Positions 37,981 through 50,200 of a stretch of 64,000 nucleotides of DNA are shown piece by piece. Origin of the DNA: Chiloscyllium plagiosum (Eukaryota); the NCBI RefSeq assembly GCF_004010195.1, contig NC_057718.1, forward strand, positions 35,354,161-35,418,160. The letters are read 5' to 3'. The notes under the pieces were generated by a model that saw only the letters and a list, made by a program, of their open reading frames with translations, searched no databases and was not told where the DNA came from. How positions within the stretch are numbered: the first letter of the stretch is position 1; each line of letters begins with the position of its first letter. Made by a program: the position numbers and the translations under genes.

Positions 37981-39774
37981 AATTTGAACAAAGATACTGA
38001 TAAGAAATTAATTGCTCGGAGGGGTTGACTGTTGTTGCCAAAGAGTCCTATGAATGACAGCGTATCAACTAGGACTTAACTGAAATGGCCATCTTCTTGA
38101 GAGTTCTGACAGCTTAAGCAAATTTGTAAGGACTGCATTGACACCATTACTTTACTTGTGAGCATCGACATATACATTTTTGGCACTAGTACTTGCACCG
38201 GTGATTATTGTTCAATGAGCATACATTGCCTACCACTGCAAACGTGGTTGGGTAGATCGTTACTACCACCTCCTTTTCTCATTGGATCTATAAGGTTTTT
38301 TTGATCAAAACTGGTAGATCAAAACCATTAGCTAGACTGACAATAAGAGGTTCTTAGTTTTTTGCACAATATATAACTTATAAAGATTACTAGGGAGCAT
38401 GATGGTAAGCCTGTCTTCCTCAAGACCAGAACTGTCTGCCTTTCCCCTCCTTATGGCATCATCAGATTGATTGGAGCTTAATCTTCTGTAGGCTTCAGTA
38501 TTAACCCTTTCAGGCCCATCTTCCCCATGCTAATTCTTTATTTTCCTCGTGGACATGAGCATTGTTGCAGGGCCAGCATTTATTGGCCATCCCTAGTTGC
38601 CCCTGAGGAGGTGGTGGTGTACTGCCTTCTTGCATCGCTGCAGCCTATGTGCTGTATTTTTCCATAATTTACATATACACATTCATGTACTGTATATACT
38701 ATAATTACATTTAACACCACACCAACTCCCTGCCCCCACATTTAATTTCACAGGTTCCCGAGATTGCATTCTCGTCAGACTAGGAGGAATGGTAAGTCTT
38801 TAGCTTATAGACCTTGCTTGGGTTTTGGACCATATGATGTTTTTTGTGAAGGGTGTCATTCCTGCTTGACCTGGCATTTGGACCATTACCTCATCTAGAA
38901 CACCTGTATACTCCTGAATTTTCTGCACAGAAGGAACTCTTCCCTGGCTGAAGAGGGCAATTGTCACATACCATCATCCGGCGGCATCATTTATCTCATG
39001 AATTTCCTTCACTGAAGACAGCTGCCCTGATAAATCCCCTGATTTTCTTTTCTGCAATGTTATAGATTTCTAAGTCGGACAATGTCTTCTTGACTGCATT
39101 CTGGATCTCTGTGCTGGGTAGTTCTTTCTTGAGCATGTCCTGAACCTGTGGGTACTGGTTGTCCTACCACAGTGGCGGTCCTTCCAGGGAGTTTTGTGTA
39201 GCTCATCTTCAACCTGCCTAAGCAAACCTTTATTTTCAACCACCAGCCAACTAATGTTAAAATATGTAGACGCTGTGTTTCAATTTGTTGATGATGTTGG
39301 ATTCTTACAGTCATTCTGGATATTTGCTTTACTGGTGAGCCCACCATGTTCATTTCCTGAGTATTTTTATTTGAGAGTTGCTGCTTACCTGGGGGTGTGA
39401 CCTCTGTCACTGGTACTACTAATACTTATTTGGAAAATGAAGCATTGAAATGTTCCGCTTGGACATGTGTTGTCTTATCATCTGACATCAAATTGGAATC
39501 TATCATAATGATTTATTCATCAGGCTGTGTTGCTGTCTGTTCAAGATCTGTCAGTGAGCTCAAATGGATCATGCTGCTCAATATTTTTCTCATAATTTGT
39601 AAATTATTACAAATTTTGCTCAGTTGTATAATCTAGACTTTTTTCTGTGTTAATAGGTATGATAAACATTTCTGACAACCTTATATATTTGCAGATTTCC
39701 ATCTCATTGACCATATGAAATAATTCTGTGGGGCCAACAAAGGTTATCTCAGAGGATTCTGGCTATCCTTTAAA

Positions 39775-40165
39775 TTCCACCAGAGTGAAACCTTTGTCTA
39801 CAATCTACAAATACACTGCAACAACTCACCTTCTATAAACTCCACCTTCCAAACCCATGACTTGTACCACCAAGCAAGACAAGGGGATTAGGCACATGGG
39901 ACACCATCACCACCACCACCACTTGCAAGCTATTCTCAAAACTACACACTCATCCTGACTCGGAACTATATAACCATTCCTTCATTGTCACTATGCAAAA
40001 ATCCTGGAACTCTGTCCCTGACAGCATTGTGGTTGTACCTACAGAACATTGTCTGGAATGATTCAAGAAATCAGTTCATCAGCACCTTCTCAACATCAGT
40101 TATGGTCAGGCAATTAATGTTGGCCTAACAGTAATGTCTACATCCCATTAATAAATGAGAAGAAA
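39775..40165 (+). mobile_element. 3' end of a second LINE/SINE family (tail shared with 12190-12347, 38536-38656 and 59097-59200)
   Basis: The ...ttcaagaa..cag.tca.ca.caccttctcaa...tgg.caa.t.aatg.tggcc...catccc tail recurs in the window. Confidence 0.6.
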
Positions 40166-40299
40166 AATCTACATGTTGTCTCTAGGCCTGTTGATAAACA
40201 ATTGCTTGCTCAATAACATATATTTCTTCCACCTGAGGTTCCATACCTGGGAGCTCTATAAACCTGTTTTTGCCCGACTGGCATTACATTGAACAGGCT

Positions 40300-41350
40300 C
40301 ACCATAACTGGCTATTGTTTGTCTTATTCCATATAACTAGTTGAACATCTTTCTCTTACTTAAATCAGGCTAAGGTCAAAAATGTATTTCTGCTCAAAAG
40401 GGAGTTATCTCAATTGTGAAGTAAATTTAAATTTGCACTGACATCCCTTGAATTCCAGATTTGCTGGCATTCTTTTAATTTTGACATCCATACCTCCTGG
40501 ACCATGTAGATTTACTGATGTCAATATAACCTCTGTTTCCACTCCCATGGTAGACAAGTTAACAAAATAGTGACACCTGCCTTTGTTTCAAGCTTAATAT
40601 GAGTGAGATGCCCATTGACATAAACTGTTTCTTGTCAAAATGAATGGTTGGTTCACAAATTCTCCCTAGGAACCTGTTGGAAGGCTGTGTTATTCCAAGT
40701 TGTTTTATTTCATTCCCATTTTTCCATGAATAACAATTTGACTTTCTGCTTCTCTGTAACTGTATCCTACTTCTGCACTTCTGCAAGTAACCTGTTGTTT
40801 CATATATACGATAGTCTTTTTTTAATGAGACATTCCAAAGCCCAGACAATGACTCACTATCTGCTGTCAATGCTGTTCTATGTGTTAAATTGCTACACAT
40901 GCCTTTAGTGTGTTTATACCTTATAAATTGAACAAATTATGTTGCTGTCCTGCAATAGGCTTCATCTTACCCTCTGTGGTTATTTCTGATTTCTGTTTCC
41001 AACTTCAGCTGCAAGTTTTCTTTTGCAAAGTTAAACCTTCTTTCAGCTGTAATAAATCTGAAAGAAACTCATCAGTAATTCCAACAACAACTTTGACTTA
41101 TGTAATTTCTGACTTTGAAGCTCTAAAGACTGATTTTCCACCAATCTGAAGAGCAGAAAAATGGGAATTATCTATGGATTCTCCAGATGCTCTACTCTTC
41201 AGTTAATCTTGCTCTTCCAAGAATTGTATTTATTCTCAGATTAAAGTAATTGTCAAAAACTTGTGGAGAACTTCATCACACGTGTCTGTGTACCTTATTT
41301 TATGCCTTGGAAAGCAATAACATCATCAGCTATAGTCCCCATGTGGATGT
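40300..41350 (-). pseudogene. Fossil Gypsy-type LTR retrotransposon gag-protease
   Basis: Minus-strand manual translation: MG.IADDVI, DEVLHKFDNYFNLRINTILGRAR, SGESID, KVVVGITDEFLSDLLQLKEGLTLQK (41020-41100), and protease VYVNGHLTHIKLETKAGVTIL (about 40565-40630; cf. FKLDTGA.VT). Confidence 0.75.
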
Positions 41351-42498
41351 GGAAGTGTGAATTTCTGAAAAAAAAATTTCTGGCAATATTATTTCTGTTG
41401 CTATTTCTTTCAAGTGTGATTATTTATTCCTCTTATGTAAAGCCTTTCAATTCTACAGTTTATCAATGCTGCTTTGTTCTCATTACTTTAAAGGCCTTTA
41501 ATTTTGCATTATACCAATGCTCATTTCCTGCGCTGCTTATGGGAGGGATTTCCTACATTTGTTCAACCAAAATTGAATTTCTTACCTTCTGCAGCCAAAA
41601 TGGAGGTCACCTGCTCTCTCACAAGTAAAGTTGTCCCACCTTTCATAGTCTAAAAGCATTCCCATCTTTTTCCCTGACTTTACCAAATAAATTCTGCTGT
41701 TTATGATTGTATAGGTGAATCTATTATCTTAACAGCTTTCCCTGTTTGATTTGAACTCTCCGCAGCAATTCTAATCATGCCCTTTACCTTACAACTTTAT
41801 TTTAAAAATCCCATTTGCTTTAATGGCTTCTCTGAAAGAATCTGGTTTCTGCAGCCTTAGTAAATTCTTCTCAACATAACCATGCTTTCAATTATGAATC
41901 TGTTGATCTTATTGTGACGTCATTTATCTCCTCCCTTTGTTTTTTTGTTGGACCCTGTCTGCTTAGACTTCTAAATTGTGTTTTTATTGCTTTAATTTTG
42001 GCTTCACAACATTCCCGGTGCCGTGACTTCGATTGAACTTATTATTATGGTCTTTGAATTCCCTTACTGCAGCAAAGTCTCATGGTATCTGCCCACTGTG
42101 GTACCAATGTACACTTTGGGTTACAATACATTCTAGCTTTTTCAGCCTGCAGCAGCACCATTGATTTTTGTCAAGATTCTCCCCCATCTACCAAGGATTT
42201 TAACTTTAACCATGCAGCCTCAGATGTCCAATGGTGATCCTCTAATTCAGGCTGCTCCTATACTTGATCAGGACCTGAAGAAGTGTAACTGCCAGCTCCA
42301 TGTGGCTTCTAACTCACACTTGCTTCTGCACTTCTCTAACCAGGTCAGAAAAGACTTTTCCCTTGACTGTAGCCTCTGCCTTGTCGAACCCTAACACATG
42401 TTTATCTGATGCAATGTCCTCCTTATTCTGGTGTCTCGGCTCAATGTGCAAATGGATCTTGCCAAGCCTGTTCCCGAGGCACTGGGGGAGATTGGAGA

Positions 42499-42637
42499 TG
42501 TAGGAGGAAGTGAGGACTGCAGATGCTGGAGATCAGAATTGAGAGTCTGGTGCTGAAAAAGCACAGCAGGTCAGACAGCATCTGAGGGGCAGGAGAATTG
42601 ACATTTCGGGCAAAAACCCTTCATCAGGAATTTTATT
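42499..42637 (-). mobile_element. PLE terminal-repeat mini-element with HHR
   Basis: HHR at 42600-42627. TSD-like ggagattgg(a/g)ga at 42487-42498 / 42638-42649. Confidence 0.78.
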
Positions 42638-42793
42638 GGAGATTGGGGAAGTGGCAGTTTCAGCAGCAGCGAAACTATTTGTGGTGGCAATGTCAAGAAC
42701 AGACAACACAGCAAGATAACTGGCGGACTCATCAGAGACCAGTGAACTTTTAACTTATTACTTTATTTTCCTCATTTAAACTACAAAAGACTT

Positions 42794-43295
42794 AGAGTCA
42801 TAGAGATGTACAGCATGGAAACAGACCCTTTGGTCCAACTCGTCCATACCGACCAGATATCCCAACCCAATCTAGTCCCACCTGCCAGCACCCGACCCAC
42901 ATCCTTCCAAACCTCCCTATTCATATACCATCCAAATGCCTTTTAAATATTGCAATTGAACCAGCCCCCACTACTTCCTCTGGCAGACCATTCCATACAC
43001 GTACAACCCTCTGTGTGAAAAGTTGCCCCTTAGGTCCCTTTTATATCTTTCCCCTCTCACTCTAAACCTATGCCCTCAAGTTCTGGACTCCCCCATCTCA
43101 GGGAAAAGACTTTGTCTATTTATCCTATTCATGCCCCTCATAATTTTGTAAACTTCTATAAGGTCACCCCTCAGCCTCTGATGCTCCAGGGAAAACAGTC
43201 CCAACCTGTTCAGCCTCTCCCTATAGCTCAAATCCTCCAACCCTGGCAACATCCTTGTAAATCTTTTCTAGACTCTTTCAAGTTTCACAACATCT
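42794..43295 (-). mobile_element. Young CR1 3' end
   Basis: Closely similar to 37449-37980, with the (tgactcta) tail. Confidence 0.9.
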
Positions 43296-43518
43296 TTTTG
43301 ATCCTTTTTCTTTATTTTTCTACGATTCTATGAAGTAAAGCTTAGCTTTTAAACTCTCATTTCTCTTACTACTTTGTGCCAAAGTTTTTTTGTACCTAGG
43401 TACCTGGGTACCTAAGATGGTGCCATATGTGGTGATATTATGCACTTTTCACTGTACTCCTGCACTTCTGTGCTTAAGTACACGTGACAATAAAATCTAA
43501 AATCTAAATCTAAATCTG
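43296..43518 (+). repeat. 3' end of the unclassified tgacaataaa(atcta)n repeat
   Basis: tgtacctaggtacc...aagatgg...cacgtgacaataaaatctaaaatctaaatct, with an inverted homologue at 57017-57150. Confidence 0.55.
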
Positions 43519-44819
43519 GAAATTTCTTCCAGGTTTGCAAGAAATTATTCTGTACAGATAAATAAATTCCAAACTACACAGCTTCTTACCAGGCCATATA
43601 TATGCATGCATGCCAACTGTCATGTGAGTGATAATGGTCGAAAACAAAATCATTCATTAGGCAGCAATTAACTCAGTTGACTTTTTTTTAAAAAAAGTAA
43701 AGCAAATTACAAATTCCGAAGCAGATATTACAGCAGACAGCCAGTCTATGTGTGTGCAACTTGCAAACCCAAAGTTGATCAATTGTCAGGAAGTCAAAAC
43801 ATACACACAGCACATGGAGTAAGTTAAGACAAAATCTTTTAATGGCAAGGTACACCGACAATATTCTCCTCCCTTTTTCAAGAAAATGTAAATATTAACA
43901 TTAACAAGTGAGATTTATGAGTATTATAACATATAGGTAATTTGCTGATTCACTATCACAAGATGTCTTTGTCTGGAGCTGCTGTCAAGTTTTTTTCTCA
44001 TGAAATGCAGTTGTTATTCCAGAATTTGCTTGTCCTGGTGTATTAAGCCAAGTTTTATACCTCAAGAGCTTCCAGTTCATTTTGAAGCTTTTGGTTTTAC
44101 ACCAGGGATTGTGCTAATTTTAGCAGCACTTTTAATCGCCTGTTGGTACAGTATGTTTTTTTCCTCCATAGGTTGTTATAATAACTGCCCTACCACTCTA
44201 GCTGTTTATCCTTTGTGTTTTGTTTGAAGCCTGGTTTCCGACTTTCTTCATCAGTGGTTGTTTGGTTTCCTTTATGTCATGCTTGAGTTATTTCAAAGGA
44301 TGTCATTGCTGGCATTTATTTCTGAAAGAATTCCCTTGCAAGTGATTTGCAAATTCTTGTTTAAGTGCTTAGCATCACAAACTGTTTTTGTAGGTCTGTC
44401 ATTTTCTGTATCATTGTTTTGAACCACAAGTCAATGTTTCTGTAATTGCTCCTGCTGAGTCTGATCGTTTTAGGTATCAGTTTCTCCAAATCTTCCCATA
44501 TAGTGGCACCCTTTACTTTAGATCAATGATACAAACCTTATATGTTTCCTTTCTTTCTTTGTCAGCTCTTCATTCGTCTTTGTGAGCTGAGCAGAGTACC
44601 TCCTCTCACAAAGACACATTCTCAAGTTTGGATTTATCCTGAGCTAGTGGTTGACGCTTTTCGCCTTTAATTTTCAGTTTCTCACCACAGGAGAAAGCTG
44701 CGATTTTAGTTCCACTAATTTGGAACAAAGTAGTATTCCCTTATTGTTTCTGATTTCAGTTCTGCAAGTGTTTCTTCCTTAGTCTGCTATAATTTCTCTG
44801 ATGTTTAGCTGTTTCCAAA

Positions 44820-46100
44820 ACTTATGATTAATGTAAAGTCATGGTAGTCATAAAGTTGCGGGTCCAGCATTGTCTGCAAAGTAGAACATCCACAACATCC
44901 AGACAAGTTGATTGTGCTTGTGGTGCTGGAAAAGCACAGCCAGTCAGGCAGCATCCGAGGAGCAGAGAGTCGACGTTTCAAGCATAGGCTCTTTATCAGG
45001 AATGTTAATGAATGGCTTATGCTCAAAATGTCGACTCTCCTGCTCTTCAGATGCTGCCTGACCAACTATGCTTTTCCAACACCACACTTTTTGATTCTGA
45101 TCTCCAGCATCTGCAGTCCTCACTTTCTCCCCTGATTGTTCTTGCACTCAGCATTACTGGTACTCCACAGAGAATTGATGAACCGTTGAGTACTGGAAGT
45201 TTTATATTCATAGGTTTCTTGCTGGCTTCCCATGCCTATGTGCACGTGTGTCTTAGAATTTAGAGGGAAGTATATTGGCACTTGCTGCAGTGTAAAACTG
45301 AGCTGACAGGCAACATTTTCAAAGGACAGATCACTTGAATTTTGTAAATGGCAGATAGTGGTGGCATTAATGTTTTCCATGAACGTGACGCCACTCTTTG
45401 TCTCATGTGTGCATCTTCAGTTCTAGCTTGTTGATCACTTCATGTGCATGCCTTTGGTGGGATACTGGATGGTAATTCCTGTGACCAGCTGGTACTCCAT
45501 GTGCGTGATCTGTTTGAGGTCAATGTATGGCTCTTTGTGGCTACATCACCCTCTACTGAAAAGTGAACTGCCTCTGCCATTGGCCTTTTCTGCCACATGC
45601 CTTGTAACATGATTGTTAGCCGGACCTTTCCTTGATTTATACGGAAGGCCACACTTCGCACTTATTTTACTATATTTGGCTGTTATAATGATTCTTTCAA
45701 CCATCAACTTTGTACTTAGGATATGTATGCTTTGCCAATCAATGAGGATCGTTTGGTGGCTGATCAATACTAAAAGTCACAGGTTTGTTCAGTAAATCTT
45801 CTGAATAGTTTCCAAGGAGATAGATTCAAATACCAATGCAACAATTCTGTTATCTAGCTCCCCAGATCTGAAAAATCACACAAGTCCTTTTCTCTGTATC
45901 TGTACATGAATTGTCTACAGATTCTGTCGATCAGTGTCCACATCACATGAACTTTAGTCAATGAATAGGGAATTTTAATTGACTCTGAGTTGATCTTCTA
46001 TTTGTAGTCTATATCTCTTGGGGATCATTTATCCCTTCAGCTGTTCATGCTGACTTGTTACATCTTTGTTGAACTTCATCTCCAAATTTCATGGCTTGTT
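44820..46100 (-). pseudogene. Second fossil Gypsy-type gag-protease
   Basis: Minus strand: ESVD..M.R.REK..CDFSD.LDNRIVALV...QK.LLNKP; zinc knuckle KCG...RKGPA...C.KACGRKGQW (about 45590-45660); (D)TAASANILP (about 45265-45295); FYFADNAGPATL*LP (about 44845-44888). Confidence 0.72.
44921..45132. mobile_element. Palindromic mini-element with back-to-back HHR remnants
   Basis: HHR at 44972-44999 (minus) and 45005-45032 (plus). TSD tgattgt(g/t)cttg at 44909-44920 / 45133-45144. Confidence 0.85.
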
Positions 46101-46926
46101 TTGTCTGCACTAGATATACCCAAATCTAGAATCTACAGCTATGAATGCTCCTAAAACATTTTAAATACTTTTAAAAACATTTTAAATACATTTTAAATAC
46201 CTCAGTTCAAACACAGGAATTTTGTGAACATTTTGACAATATATTGATCTCTCTCTGCTTGTTATCGCACCCTGATCACTTACATTTCTCAAGTAAGGTC
46301 TCTGAATAGGGATTTGTCTGCTTACCAGCAACTTACATTTTCACTTTCTCCATGTTGTGACGAACAAAGGAATTGAGGGTTGTCTCATGCACCAGAGGAT
46401 GATGTAGGACTGTGAAACACATATTCTATGGGTAGATTAACTTGTTGCTGTCTATTCGAACATGATAGATCTTATCAGCACTGTGTTTTCCACCACTGTT
46501 CATCGTGCAATGTTAATAATAATGGCCCAATCATTAATCGTTCACCAGGGATCATTATTTTAGGTTAGTTTGTTTAAAATAGTAAAATACACTATAAGTT
46601 TTGATGCAAACAACTGATGTCTATGTGTACAACTCTGAAATAGACTGTCTGTCAAGAAGATTAACAATAGTGTAAACAAACATCACATTGAGTCATGTAA
46701 AGCAAACTCTCTTCAATGCAAGGCACATGCAAAATACTAACCATCGTGATCCTACTGCTACATAATTAAAACTAGTTACCTCAGCACAGACTGGGACTGA
46801 AGTCTAAACTTTGTGGTATCCATAGTTCATTTACACAATACCTTTACCAATTGAGCAATTAGGGTTAAGCCAATTTTATCCATAGGTCACACACGTTTGC
46901 CCAGTTCAGGACTCTTACTAAGTTAT

Positions 46927-47240
46927 TGGCTCAGTGGTTAGCACTGCTGCCTCACAATGCCAGAGACCAAGGTGCGATTCCAGTCTTGGGTGACTGTCTG
47001 TGTGGAGTTTGCATATTCTCTCTGTATCTGCCTGGGTTTCCTCCAGGTGCTCTGGTTTCTTCCCACAGTCCAAAGATGTGCAGGTTAGGTGAATTGGCCA
47101 TGCTAAATTGTGCATAGTGTTCAGGGATGTGTAGGTTAGAGGTAAATGAAGAGTAATGGGGAATAGGTTCAGGTGGGATACTCTTCGGAGGGTCGGTGTG
47201 GACTTGTAGGCCCAAAGGGCCTGTTTCCACACTGTAGGGA
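46927..47240 (+). mobile_element. HE1-like V-SINE
   Basis: A box TGGCTCAGTGG, V-domain and ccacactgtaggga end. Confidence 0.88.
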
Positions 47241-50200
47241 GACGATTAAAAAAATTATTTGATTCTATAACTTGTTTAAGTTTAAGTTTAAAACAACACA
47301 ACTAGAACATTTTCCTGAACCCCACTAAAGAGTAAAGCTAGATTTCTGGAATATCATTTTAACTAGAGGATCCATGTTGTTCAACCCTAGCTGACAGCAT
47401 GTGTTCTTCAGATGGTGTGACCATGATATCAATACAACTAGAAACCTAGTGTGCCACACAGCTTTCAACTGTCATTTTGATTCTTTTTAAAAACTGGATA
47501 TTTTAATCCAGTCATTTTTCGATGCTCCTTGTCAAGACAAATTTCAATTAGTGCAACTCTATTTGTCTTTGAGTTCTTTGAAAATCTGCAGCATATCGAA
47601 CCTTACCGAATGCCCTCAAGAACCAAGTGAAAAGCACCAAGTAGATAGCCCTCATCCATTACTTTAATCCTTGTCTGAGAAGGTTTATGAGGCATGAGTT
47701 ATTCTTTCCAAACCCATACTGATTGCTCCCATTTAGGTGCTTGTATACCGTCAATGATTGTATTCCCTGACTGTGATCACACACCACTTCAAATTCTATA
47801 GCTACTTGAGGTACCTTCCAGACCTTAAATACAACATCTGTAGTTATGAAACTTTATTAGCAAGAATATTTTCTCAGTGGTTTACTTTAGAGTTTTGGGA
47901 TTTGCTGTACAGGCATTCTGTAATTTAATGCTCCACATGCATTGTATATTTTAATGATTTAAACTTCCTCATTGCGAACGGTGAATAACTGCTGAGATAT
48001 CTTTACCTGAAAATTCAGCCCTGCCTTCCTTGTTTTGAAAGTGCTAAAGCCAGTGATATGGTGCACTGGCCTACAACTAGATCTCCTCATAGTTATTGTC
48101 TATCTTATTAATGTAGCTTTTACCTGATTACTACCATGCAATAAATTGCATTTTGCTTAAGGTAACAGCCTCCTTTCGTTAGATTACTTTGAGGTTTCTT
48201 TCTCCAGTCTAGACCAAGTACACCCTGTAGACCCAGTCAGAAAAGGGAATGGTGGCAGCTATCTTCCCATCACATGATGGCAGTGATTGGTGTTATATGT
48301 GTCATCTTGTCTTTAAAAGAATGCGTCTTTGAGGACTCTTTATAAGGTTTGTATGCAACGTTGACACTCATCCTGCCAGTTGGCCTTCATTTTAAGTTAG
48401 TTGTATGTCACCTTACAGATATTGGAACAGACAAAAATTCTTTGTACAATTTTATTCAAATAATCAATATTACCTGCAATTGCCTGTTATTCCATGCAAA
48501 AATAAGGAAAGTTATACGCTAATGTGCAACACATTTATCATGCAGAATAATACTTGTATTTTTGAATGTCTTATCCTCCAAGTGCCTTGAACCTAGCAGC
48601 AGACTCTAACAAAGGAAGTCTCTCACTCAGTCATTGAGGGACCTGATAGTGGGAAGATAGGGACTGCTGAAAGCCACGCCTCCCCTTGTGGACATGATCT
48701 CAACCCCCCCACCACTCACCCTCCTCAGTCTAAGGCCTCAGATGCTTGTCGTTTTGGTAGAAGTCATCAGTTTGCAGTGGTGCTGCTGAGTACACAAGAG
48801 CTGTTAACCTATGATCAGCCCATAGTTCTCAGCAGAAGGGACTCCCAACCCCGGAATATTTAATGCCTGGGGAGAGATATTGCTGGTTAATGAGGCACTT
48901 AATGCTACACAACCACTCTTAAAAAAGATGACACAAAGTTCCCACCAGCTCGCCAGCCTAAAAACTAAGACCCCCTGTTGCCTTCATTAAATCCAGACCA
49001 AAAATCCAACTTTAGCACCACCCAACCAATACTTCTTAATTTACCTCAGTTTCCTACACATTTCTACTTTAAGAGTGCCCTGGTGGCCTTAACCTTAGTT
49101 TCTCAATAAAGATAAATCATTATCAAATCTTGTTTGAGATTTAAAATGTGTCAAACAATTTTTCTTCTATTAAATTTCATCCTTGAGAAAAATCTCTCCT
49201 GAGAGACATTGATGGATGTCACATTTTTTTTAAAAAATAGTGTTTAAAGAACATAGATTTCAAAGAAGGAACTGGGGGTGGGGGTAGGGGAGAGGTGGAA
49301 TTCAAGTAAATGAACCACCTGGTACCAAATGAATTAGGTTTTGAAAATGCTGTTGCCAGCAGCTGTAACTTCCTGCACTCTGCAATGTTGTATGTGCTGC
49401 AGATTGTATCACAGTCTGTTCTCTATAACATGGTGTCCTTTATTCAGGTTCTTGTTTCCTGTTATTGTAAACTTCTATAACCTCGACACGCCCAGTCGCT
49501 GGCATACAGTGTTCAAGTCATAATTATGCTTCTTGCTTTCACCATAATTCTCTCCCTCTTGGGAGGAGTAAGCAAGCATTTCATTAGCAAAACAAAAGCT
49601 GTGCAATTCTCAAGCCTGCTTTTGGTGAGAAAATGAGTTCTCAGTTACGCAATTCGAAAATATTCTTGCCAATTCAAGAAATGCCACTGATGTAGAAAAC
49701 ATAAATAAATTCTCCAGCATATTGCTTCTTCCACTGCGGGATGTCAAAATCTTAACTCAGTGTATAGCACGATCAGCACACTGGGGAGACAGCACATATG
49801 CATGCTCCATGTATAGAAGGGAACTCACTTTATCATCCAACCTTGCTGTGCAACAGGTTGTTCATAGCATTTTGAATGTGCAATATGATAACCAATACAT
49901 TAACAATGCGTTCGGTCTGCAGCAAAATTAGGTCATTAGGTTTGATAAAGCAAACACAGATTAGTTTACTCTCTATTCTGCCATTTGTGGACAGGGTGGG
50001 TGGGCATTTAATCAAGTAGAAGGTTAGAGAGACCCACCACCCTCTGACTTCCACTGAATTAACCTATTGAAAGCCTTCCCATTCTTCCATATCCTGGGTT
50101 TCAGCCTGCTGGAGCCAGTATTAAACCAGCAGCAAGGGGCAGCAGCATATTGTCTCCCAGGCAGAGGGGTGGGGAGTCACTCATTCCCAAGGCACGCTGT

